DNA of 64,000 nucleotides from Octopus vulgaris (lineage: Eukaryota), in assembly GCA_951406725.2 (NCBI GenBank), contig OX597831.1, positions 41,850,001-41,914,000 on the forward strand. Reading direction: 5' to 3'. Position 1 is the first letter of the stretch. The number at the start of each line of letters is the position of its first letter. The notes under the pieces were generated by a model. It saw only the letters and a program-made list of their open reading frames with translations, did not search any database and had not been told where the DNA came from. The position numbers and the translations under genes are program-made. Shown here piece after piece: positions 1-12,383 of the stretch.

Positions 1-180
1 CGTGGGTGGAACAGATAGGCAGAAGTTAAAGAAGCAGAGAAAGGCCAAAAAAATAAAACAGACAACAGAAGACAAATAAAGTCAGAGTAGGAAGAAAGAG
101 GAAAGAGGAGGGAAGCTATTTAGAGATAAAATAAGGGTCTCTGAATCATAACAAGTGATTTGAAACCATAGCAACTGAGT

Positions 181-216
<36 letters not shown>

Positions 217-672
217 ACATGTGTAGTATGTGTATCTGTGCATCATGTACAGCGTGTATGTGGTGTGTTTGTGTGTGTGTATGTGTGTGGCATGGTGTAT
301 ATTGTGTGTGTGTGTGTACAGAGATAAAACTGCCATCTCCTGAGTGTTTGACCTAGGAGAGAAGGGAATGCCTAATAAACAGCACCTGCAACCACCACCA
401 CTCCCAGAAAAAAAGGGGACCATCAGAAGTCAATACATGGTCACTCGAGTTGCTAGAAATAACAGCCGAATCTCCCCCCCCCCCCCAAAAAAAAAATCAC
501 ACTCTATCGTCTTAAAAATGAACATGTTGGACAATGTAGTTCTAGGTTCACTGAACAGAAATAAGAACGGGGTGGTCATGGCTGGAATACCTTTGATAAT
601 AGTTCATCTGAATCAGGGATGACCTAGGGCTAAACAACCGTAAAAATAATAGACTGACAGAAACTGCCATAC

Positions 673-753
673 CTTTCCTGAGCCTGCAGTATGGAAGGAG
701 CTACCAGCAATAAAAAGGACCAGTTTTCTTGATTTGCTTCGCCAACCAATTTG
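673..753 (-). CDS. ITGB: Integrin beta coding exon 9 ([27 protein letters not shown])
   Basis: cttctttttag|CAAATT...GGAAAG|gtatgg; 81 nt, phase 0 to 0; IGWR...L..F.....FH.AG.GK motif. Confidence 0.94.
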
Positions 754-3700
754 CTAAAAAGAAGATAAAAGTAATAATAATAATAACAATTTTTTTATTG
801 ATCACAAAGACTCATAAAATTCAAAACATGTCATACAAAAGTGGTTACAAATATATCAATATACAGGGTGTTCAGGCCAAATTTGATGATTTTTTTTTTA
901 TATCTCCCTTTTTTTTTTCAGGAACAGCTTCATATATTGGTGAACAGTCAATGGTGTTGGAGGGCATAAAGATTAAAATTGTAGTTGAGAAACTGTTAGC
1001 TGACTTATTTCTTTATTGCCCAGAAGGGGTTAAACATAGAGGGGACAAACAAGGACAAACAAAGGGATTAAGTCGATTACATCGACCCTAGTGTGTAACT
1101 GGTACTTAATTTATCGACCCCGAAAGGACGAAAGGCAAAGTCAACCTCGGCGGAATTTGAACTCAGAACATAACGGCAGACGAAATTCGCCTGGCATGCT
1201 AATGTTTCTTCTAGCTCGCCGCCTTACCTGTTAGCTGACTTGGGGGACTGGAAGCCATTTAAATATTGGAAAAGGGTTGCTTGTGTCATGACAACTGATG
1301 CCAAGTACTAAAATGCTGACATCGTGACAACTGTTCAATGCTCTGTGAACACTGTAAAGGGTGTAAGACATGACATGGATATCACGAAGACCAAGTTCCC
1401 TGAAACTGTGATGGTTGGTCTTTGTGTATGTCACCAGTGACAGTGACATCATGCCACCCCATATTTTTAAACAGGGCCTTAGGATCAATTCCAAAGTTGC
1501 TGAAGCCTGTGGTCAATCCTGTGTGTCAGAGAAGTTTGCAGCTGGAATGCCATATGCTCCTTGCCATATCTCCAGAAAGAGTTAGAAGTGGTTGTAGAAG
1601 TTTTACAAATTTACCAGCTCTAGGTTCTAACCTAATTCCTCCATTTATAATCCCATGTGTTGAGAATTTATAATCCCATGGTTGAGAAAGACACCAACTG
1701 TTCTGCCAGTAACACCAAAGCCAAGCTGGTAGCTTATATCAAGGATATGTTCAAAGACCTTCCCCAGGACACAGTGAAGAATGCACACACTAGATTTTAA
1801 AGCCTCCTTGAAGCTGTGTTGGAAGCTGAAGGCTGCTACATTGAGTAAACTGTTATCTCCTAGGTATAATCTAATTGGTATCTTGATATTTTTTAAAAAT
1901 ACTTTTATTTTTGGATGGGATATTGTTTTCTTTTCCTTTTAGGCAAATGATCAAATTTAGCCTGAATTCTCTGTATGGCATGGCTGTGTGAAAATATGGT
2001 AGGGGAAGGGTCAAACCTTTCCTTACCACATTTCTGTAAAAATACACTGCTTTTGTTTGGATTAATTTTGAAAGTAGCAGAGAATCTATGAAAATAACTG
2101 GTCATTATTAAGCTTGTGTTTGGAACATAAATCAATATGAAATTCTAATGGAAGTTTTTAATTTAGATCACTCTAAAGCAGGACACCTGTATCGTATATC
2201 TTAGATCTTAGATCCCAAAGTGATCTCAGCAGGTTCTCCTCTTTGTCCTGTGCATCACATGTAACACACAAGATATATTCTCTTGGCATCCATGCATCAG
2301 ACATGATACATATTCCCAATTGTGTTTTCAGCCACCAGAGTAACTAGGGGGATCTTATGAAATGAAAGCTTTATATTACTCAGAATTTGTGAAACATGGA
2401 CTAACTAAAAGTCTGAAAATTAGCATGGACGTTTAGGACAGACTTAAGAAATTGCTTTGTATAAGCAAAATGTTAACCATTTGTCTGACCTGTGTATAAT
2501 AATAATAATAATAATGAAATTATTGTATACAGTGCTCAGGTGCACCACAACTTGTCAAAAGTGCATATAAAGCATATACAGTAATGTACAAATGTCTGGG
2601 AAGTGAACTGTGTATGAGTCAGATACATGCTTGTGTGTATGGAGGGGAGAAAATCAGGTGTAGTGTTGGCGAATCTCAGGAAGCATGGAAGTTTTGAAGG
2701 ATGCAGTACTCCGACAACTAACAACTGATGCCAGCAATTTGTTCCATACTTCAGCAACTCTTAGCGTGAAAAAATGTTTACGAAAGTCATGGGAGCTGTG
2801 CTGTTTTCTGACTTTGTAAACATGTCCATGGGTGTTAGACAGGTGGAGTTTGCAAAGGTGCTCAAAGTTATTGTTAGTAAGATGGTTAATAATTTTATGG
2901 GTGTCTGCCAAGTCAGCTGCCAGATGTCGGAGTTTCAATGTATCCATGCCCAGGGAAGTAAGGCATTCAGAATATGGCAAATGCCTGAAGACATATTTCC
3001 ATGACATCCATTGATCATATATGATAAACATTGCCATTTTTTTTTCAGCTACCAGAATAAGATGGGACTTACGAAAGGAAAGCTTTATATTATTTATTCA
3101 GACCATATGAAACAAGGGTTAACTAAAAGCCTGAAACCAAGTATGGACGTTTAGTCCAAACTTACAAAAATGCTTTGGACAAGCAAAGGGTTGACCCTTT
3201 CTTTCATGTGTATCATCACATATGTAACACAGGTCATATTTTCTTGGCATCCATGCATCATATATGATACATATTCCCAATATTTTTCACTGACTAGAGT
3301 TACTTGGGATTTTTAAAGGGAAGACTTTATATTTATTACTCAGAACTTATGAATCATGGGCTGGGCTAACTAAAAATCTGTAAACAAGTAAGGACATTAA
3401 GGACAAACTTATGAAAATACTTTGGACAGGAGAAGGTTAAGGTATTTAATGTAAGGGGCACAAAAGTAATTTAAAGGGTCAGTTTACTCAAGGAATGTAT
3501 ATTCTGTATTTAGAAATGTGAAAAAACTCCTGTTGTTACTTACTTCACAAACCAATGTTTGCATGAGAGCATCAAACCCAGCTTCAGGAATGTCGTTACT
3601 GCCAGAGATTTCAGCTGCAGCTACCATTTGCTGGATTTCAAACAAACACAAATTATTAAACTTAACATATAACAACAATAACAACATCAACTACAAGTTA

Positions 3701-5799
3701 ATGAGAGAGCCTCTAAATACTTGCTAGACCTGTTAGAAATAGCAGTCAAATCTTCCTTAAATTACACCTTACCAACTTAAAAAAGAAAGGGCATTGCATA
3801 GTGTAGTTTTAGATGTATATCCTGATTGATCACAGGCGTTTTCTTCCTCTTTGAATGCACACACACGCACATGCGCACACACGCACACACACACACACAG
3901 AGTGATAAATGAATCAGTGATAACTAAATCATCTCCATGAACTTTGTAAATAGAACAAATGGTAGATTCATTGACACAAAATTCACAGCTCAGAATTAAT
4001 TTCTTTACATGGAAGACAAAGTAAGTTCTTATAGAGAACGCTGTAGTCACTTGACTCTTTAGCGTTCCGATTACTATGTCAAATATAATGCTTATCTATT
4101 CACCCTGTTTTGAATTAGTCATGCATTATCTCATAGCTCTGAGATTTCAATGATGTATCTGCTTGTTTTAAGAATGACATTGTAGGGTGGGCGTGAAAGG
4201 CCAGAATCTGGCCAGTTTGAACATAAAACAGGTAGAATATTTTGACTAGATATGGCTAGTTTAAATGCTAAAGTATGAAACTGTTCCCAATATAGAATTC
4301 TCTTGAAATTCTTCAAATCAGCAAAAGGAAATCGTCATCATCATCATCACCACCATTATCATCATCATCATCATCATGCTGGTGTAGGTAGAATAGTTTG
4401 GTGGGGCTGGTTAGGCAAAAGACTACACCAGGCTTCACTGTCTGTTTCGGCGGGGTTTTTATGGCTGGACGCTCTTCCTAACACCAAACGTTTTACAAAA
4501 CCAAACCAAACAAAGGGAACAATAGGGGCACACAAATAAGAAGGAAAGATATTCTGCTTACAGAGAATTTGGTACCATTTGGAGACAGCTTCATGACATG
4601 TCGGTAATCATAAGTCATAGCACAGTCAGAACACCTGAGTAAAAGAGAATCAAAAAATATATTTGAAAATTAAGCTAAGTGAAATTAAAGAAAAGTCAGG
4701 TGAGCATTTTTTCTAATAACATACATACACATATACACATGCACTATATAACCATGTATACACACATATGTGTGTGTGTGTAAGTGTGTGTATGCATATG
4801 TATGTATATACAATATATATACACATGCATATATCTTATATATATATGTATTACACACATACAAACATATATATATATATTAGTGAGACAGAGATTAAAG
4901 AAAAAATGAAGAAGCAAAACGTTTGGTATCACTTGAAACAGTCATTTAATTTAATTAAATTTAATTAAATGCTTTTTTTCAAGTGATGCCGAACATTTTG
5001 CATTTTCATTTTTGCTTCAATTTATATCTACCCACTCAAGGAGTAACCACTTCTAGCTGACTTTGATAGGCAGTCTCAATATCACACTCTCAGCTGTAGT
5101 TCAAACCACCAGAGTTTGAGTGCCAGACCAAACTGAGCACTAATAGTGCATACCTATTACTTTACATCAGTTGATGAAAACTCCTTATATATTCTCTATA
5201 CACACACATATATATAGATATAGATATATATGTGTGTGTGTGTCTGTGTATATATACAGGAGTAAGCACATAAATGTGAAACAAGGTGGGGAAAAGAGTA
5301 CTCAAATACTAGAGGTAGAGTAATGTGCTTTATTTAAAAGCAGCAGAAATATAACAAAACTGTCTGACGAACGGGAATGTGAAACTCTGAGTAACAGCTT
5401 TTGTTATATTTCTGCTGCTTTTAAATAAAGTATATATGTATATATATATATATATATATATTAAAGGAGCACTCTATTGGTTACTACAATGAGAGTCCCA
5501 GCTGATACAATAAATGGAACAACTTGCTCATGAAATTAACGTGCAAGTGGATGAGCACTCCACAGACATGTGTACCCTTAACTTAGTTCTTAGGGAGATT
5601 CAGCATGACACAGAGTGTGACAAGGCTGGTCCTTTGAAATACAGGCACTACTCATTTTTGCCAGCAGAGTGGACTGGAGCAATAAAGTGACTTGCTCAAG
5701 GATACAACACATCGCCGGGAATTGAACACATGACCTAAGCAACACGCCTTTACACACACGCACGTGCACACACACACACACAGACACGCATGCACGCAC

Positions 5800-5853
<54 letters not shown>

Positions 5854-6332
5854 CAAAATAGGAAGCTAGAAAAATTTTTTGGTATTAATTATTCACCATT
5901 ACACATGTTTCACTTGCTAACAGGAATCAACAAAATTGAACATGTTGGATATACATAAGTGCATTCAAAAAGTATCTGACTTTATTTTTTCCTGCTAAAA
6001 TTAATGCCACAAAGGCAACATCCTTTGGATGGGAAGTAAAGCAACCCTTCCTGCACATACTTTGATAGGTTTCAGCCAGTATTGGTCCAGGCCATGTCTA
6101 ACTTAATAGCACCACCTGGTGTATATATGTGAAAGTTTTTGTGCTAGTAAGCTGTATCAGTTGCCAGATGTTACACCTAAAGTACAGATGTGTTGTAGTG
6201 GCATTAAAAAAATTAACCCAGATACTTTTTGAATGCACCTTATATACATACACACACACATACATACACATATATACATACATATGCTATATATAGTTAC
6301 ACATACACATATCATGTATATAATTTATATAC

Positions 6333-6400
<68 letters not shown>

Positions 6401-9400
6401 TGCCTTTTCCTTTTCTTTTCATTTCCCTTTTTCTCCTAATTATAATCTTCTAAACCATTTTGATGTTTGTTAAATGGAACGAGATAAATGCAAATTTACT
6501 TCGATTTGATTAAACAGAAACAGCTGTAAATGGTTCTGAACTACAATTAAACTATGACTTTTTAATACCAATGATCAACTTCCCATTGTTAATTACTGCT
6601 CCATTTCTTTTCTTTTCAATATATATTAAACCATAGACTTACCTTTAAATTACCAACTACTGTATACCTTATAGCTAGGACTATACATAGTGAGGCAATA
6701 CACCAGGAGTACCTAAGGATACATCTATCCCTAAGATGGTTGCACAACCTCTGACTCATATTTTTCTGTTGTATATATTATTTATTTATATTTATGTGAG
6801 AGAGAGAGCACGGTTAAGGATCAATAAAAAAAAAAGGACTCTATCCAGTGAGAGATAAGTATCATTTAATAAAAAAAAACAAGATTTAAATGTGAGCTCC
6901 TCTTAAGTTTCATGCTTGGATGGGACATGACATGCTATACAAGCCTGTCTGATTACTGTTCATCAAAGCATGAAAGTTATAGTAGTACACATTTTTAAAT
7001 CTTGTGTTTGTGTGTCTTTGTGCATTTATATGTGTGTAACCTGGATAATGTAACTATTTTTCTATAGACTGAAAAAATGATGAACAGTCTTGATTTTTAA
7101 GCATTATTGAGTTCTCACTGTAAATATACATCACTTGACTAATCCCAGAGAAAGAAGAAGTCGATATTTATATACACACAATAAATCCAGTAGCTTCAGT
7201 GAACTAGAGCCACTAACTTACATGTAGACACCCACACCCCACGTTAAGCTGTTGCACTGATGAATGCAAGATCATTATTTCAATTTCCAGACTGGGTGGT
7301 ACATTGTATTATTGAGCAAAACACTTTATTTTATGTTGCTCCAGTCCACTCAGCTGTAAATGGGTGACCCTGCAACAGACTAGCATTCCATTCAGGGGAA
7401 ATATTGCCCTGCCTATCTTAGCAAGTGGGGTGGTATCATTCGAAAGTTACAACAATGCAAAGCAGATTGTGACCAGCGATGTATAACAGCATCCGACATT
7501 GACTGATGCTATGATACCTCATGATATGTTTGTGTGTGTGTGTGTGTGTGAGTATGTGTGTGTGTTCCTTGTACTTACATTGTTATGTTGCTATCAGTGA
7601 AAACAAATGGCGGTATTTCTTTCTCAACGTAGGATCCAAATCCAAGCAAGAATTTTTTGGTAATCTTCTTCATTTCTTTAGCTGTAGAGAAGTAGATGGA
7701 ACATACATACATATACATAGCATGTCTGAGTACATTTGTGTCAGTCAGTCAATCTGTCTCTCTGTCTGTCAGTCAGTTTGTCTATATTTGTACCAACCCA
7801 AGACTATGTTTAACCTGATACCATGGTCAACTGAAAACTGATTGGACCTTCTGATGTTATGGTTGACTCATGGCTATGATAGACTTGGGGTCATATAATA
7901 GAAGACACTTAATCAAGGTGACACATCGTGGAATTGAACCCAAAACTATTAGATCTAATCCCACAGTGGTATGCAAATGTGGCCATACTTCAAAAGTAAG
8001 CTTCTTAAACATGGCCCATACCTTTGCTCACACCCATCATTGCCACCACCACCACCACCACAACTAATACTACTGGTCTGTATCTTTCTTGCTTCCAAGT
8101 TAGTTATTATTTATCTGTCTATAGAATGACTGAGTGGAAGAATTGTCAGAGAATTGAATAAAATGCCTTGTAGTATTTCTAATTGTTTAGGAAACCAAGC
8201 TGAGGCCAGCTTTGCCCATCATTCTACCAAGGTCGCTGAAATAAAGCACAAGTTGATGGCATCCACTAACCTCACTCCCTTTCAAAATTTCTGTCCTTGT
8301 GTCTAAATTAGAAATAATTGTTTATCTGTCCCCCAAATATCTTACAATCATAGCAACATCATCATCCTCATTCCTGTCATTTAATATCTGTCTTCCATGC
8401 TGACAAGAGTTGAAGAGTTCAACAGGAACTTGTGATCCAGAGGACTGTCACAAGCTCTACGAGTCTCTACAGCTGGATGCCCTTCCTAACGTCACATAAA
8501 ATGTAAAGCAATAAAAATAACATTGACAACAAAAAATAAAGCAATCATTGTGCCTATTCTCACCAATGATCATGAAATTTTGGGAAATGAGCAAAAGAGT
8601 ACGATTGCAAATACATTCAGCCAAAATAAGGTTCCTTTGAAAGATCTCTGGAGTAATGTAACTCAACAGGCTGTGTAGCTCAGAGATCAGGGAGGCCCTT
8701 TAGCTTAAGCTGTGGATTTTTTCCACACTGAGAGGTCAAAGCCCTGGTACTAAAGACATGTAATTAGAATGCTGAAGGAAAGAATTTCAAGATGGATTCT
8801 TCTTCAAGCCAAACCAAACAACAGGAAACCCATGGGTAGACCAAAAATGGGAAGGTTTGGTAATGACCATTGTCTCAGTTGGTCGTACTTAGGAATCCAA
8901 CCAGGAAGTCAAATGAAATTAGCTTCTGATAGGACCCTATGGAGGACATGCCTGAGGATTTTACCCCCATGACCCTCCCAGGAATTGTGAGTGAAAAATA
9001 TGGATGAATTGATGGATGGGTCTTACCAAGTGTTTGTCCAAGTTTTGACAACGTCTCCTTACTACGTTTCATTGAAGCAGAGAGATCCATAAGGACATAC
9101 AGGTCAACAGCACTGTCTTTAGCTTCCCGATAGGCCAGCTCTATTCTGTGAGGCTTTCCTGAAAGTAGACAAAAACCCAGGCAAGAATTTAAATACTGAC
9201 AGTAAAAAAAGCAGCAAGAGTTTATAAGTTCATCATTATCATTGTTTAATGTCCCATTTTCTATGTTGGCATTAGTTGGATGGTTTGATGGGATCTGGTG
9301 AGATGCATCGTGCTCCAATGTCAGCTTTGGCATGGTTTCTACAACTGGATATCATCCCTAATACCAACAACTCTACTGTGTACTGTGTGATTTTTTTTTT

Positions 9401-10701
9401 CTCATGACAGTGGCACTAGAGAGGTTATCAAGTATCTTGCAAGGCAGGAAAAGAACAACAAAAGGGAAAATCTCCTAGGGTTTCCATTAATGTAAACTGT
9501 ACTTTTTCCCCAAAAATAATGTCTCAAAAAATTAACCCCAAGTCCCATATGTGAAGTTAGACCTATATTACTTGCTTTAATGCATTAAAAACTCTTTTAT
9601 AGTGCTAGTGCATGCATATACAGCTGTGTGCATGCGCACATACACATGAGTACTGTCCAAATCTCCGACCAATCACATACAGCTAGCAAGCTTTCAATTG
9701 GCGTATCAAGTTGCGGGCATTTTGATTGGGTTTTGGATAGAAAATTCACAAAAAAGTCACTTCTATTGATTTTTTAATGGCTTTTTTTGGTGACTGGGGG
9801 AATGTAAAAATGTGCATGACCACACTTGGACGATTTAGAATGACCATAAAAAGTGTGAGCCCTCTAACTGAAAAATTGTGGATTTGTATAAAGGACACAC
9901 ACACAGACATTTTGCTGTTTATATATGTGCTGCTAAAATTGGAATGCATCTAATATTGCCATGTGTCTTTTATGTCATCAAATATAGTAAGCGATTTAAA
10001 TCTTGTCATGGACTTGTTTCTTTTTATTTTGACCTTTGACATGATTTTTTTTTTTCTTTTTTTCCAGTGGTTGATTAAGTATCAATAAGTTCATTGGTAT
10101 AAGTTGACAGGCAGTAATGGTTCTGATTCTTTATGTTTGGAGTTCAAATCTGGCTAGATCAGATTTTTTTGTTTTTCATCTTTCTTTGAGTATTGGAATA
10201 AAAATCCTCTCTTACTTCCTCTCTCTCTCTCTTTCTCTTGATAGAAATAGACATGGTAAAAGATGATTACATACTCATGTACAAGCACATACGCACATAC
10301 ATACATGTGCACCCACATACACACATAATTACACAATAGCTGTGGGCAAAACAAGTCTTCTTAGTGAATTCCGAAAATGGGAACAAAAAGAAGCCCAAAA
10401 TATACAAATATATCAAAAACATAATGATATTTGTTAGGCAGCTGATGATGACAATATATGTTTGATATACTTGTTTTCTGTGAATCATTTATATCTCATG
10501 GCCTCATTGTTCTAAATTGCCCTTCATTCATACAGGGTTGAACTTGTTACTGGGTTCTTAGCATTATGGTGTTTTGGTTTATGCTAATTTCGTTGTTTAT
10601 ACTATACATAAATCAATACAAGTGTGATTGTCCCTTGTATTTCTTATTATGGCTAGAGTAATAAATTATATAAAAGTTCCTAGATTAAGGAGATTTTGTT
10701 G

Positions 10702-10735
<34 letters not shown>

Positions 10736-11078
10736 GAGGGCATTATTATACATACATGCCACATGCTACGAGGGACAATTAGTCATTTCTACCAAAAATT
10801 TTACTTATCATAGGTGATACAAGATTAAATTCATTTTTTAAATGTCTTGCTTTGAAAAAATTGCATTGGGTATGATAAGTAAAATTTTTGGTAGAAATGA
10901 CTAATTGTCCCTCGTAGCGTGTGGCATGTATGTATAATAATGCCCTCTATATATAAATTAATATGTTCAATAAGAAAGAATTATTTTCGAAATTTTTTCT
11001 CTTATGAGGTTTTTCACGCTATCTACCTGATAATTTCTTGTTAAGATTCCTTATTAAGAAGTTGTCCTTAATTGTTAA

Positions 11079-11125
<47 letters not shown>

Positions 11126-11806
11126 CAAATACTTACTGGGTCTTAACTTTAAGTTGATCACCTGGGGTTGGATATGAATACCGGTTTTATTTCCTATTTC
11201 ATCTCGTAGGTTTTCATTCTGAAATAGTTGTTAACAATGTTTATTAATTAGAAATTAATAATTAGTGTTCGGTAATTAAAAGTAGGTGATTTATCAATTA
11301 AAGATTAAAATATATTTCTCTTTACAACATAAATCCTCACCATCATTTTCACCATCATTTCATCATCGTTTTAACATTTATTTTTCCAAGCCCACATAAG
11401 TCTGATGGAATATGTTGAGGCAGCTTCGCTAAAGCCAGATATTCATATCAAACATGAATATGCAGAATACATACATACACAAGCACACACACACACACAC
11501 ACAGGCATGTACACACATGCATACAACAAGATCTCAAACAAACGCAGCCTCTATAACAGACTAAGTCAATGGTCAGTGGAAAGTAACAACTAAAGGACTT
11601 CAACAAAGACAAAACAAATTAAACAATCAATTAGTTAGTTGGATATTTAACCAATTGACTAATAATGAAGGAGTATAATTGAACCAGTGAGTGTGTTAAT
11701 AATATTGGCATAATGACTCTCCCTAGGCACAACAAAATTTGTTTCAACACAGATTCACATAAAGAATCTTGCAAACCAGATACAAAAACTATACAACATA
11801 CGCACA

Positions 11807-11838
<32 letters not shown>

Positions 11839-11839
11839 T

Positions 11840-11872
<33 letters not shown>

Positions 11873-12351
11873 CCTTTCAATTCCACATTTCTCTTCCTTC
11901 CCCCACCCGAACCAACTTCCCACACTGTCCCTTAAAATAGCAAACAACCCTTAGCTTCACACAAAATAAAAAATGCTAAAACAGATTGGTTCATCTCAAA
12001 TTCTTTGTAAACTCCTAAATATATCTCCTTCTGTGTATCTATATATATATACTACCAAACAAACATGATTTTTATTGAACTCCTAATACTTTTCCTGAGT
12101 ATGTATATAGATACTTCCAAACAAACATGATTTTTACTGAACTCCTAATACTTTTTGTTTAATATTTTCTCAGATATTTCCTTGTAAACTGATTGTAACA
12201 TTTTATTATTATTATCAAAGAATGTATATATGTATTTTAATACTTTTCTGACAACCAGTACTTAACACAACAAAGCTTATACAATCTTTTTCTAAAAAAG
12301 TGAAACTGATCAAGTGAATAAACATCTTTCAAATTGCATTTTCAAACCTTC

Positions 12352-12383
<32 letters not shown>

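Noticed and set aside
4600-4634. CxxC in the SDL as a novel redox motif
   Set aside because: Short CxxC spacing is ordinary in invertebrate integrin betas such as Drosophila betaPS.
8875-9333. 152-aa ORF as a stand-alone gene
   Set aside because: Only 9027-9158 is coding (exon 5); the rest is read-through into intron and repeat sequence.
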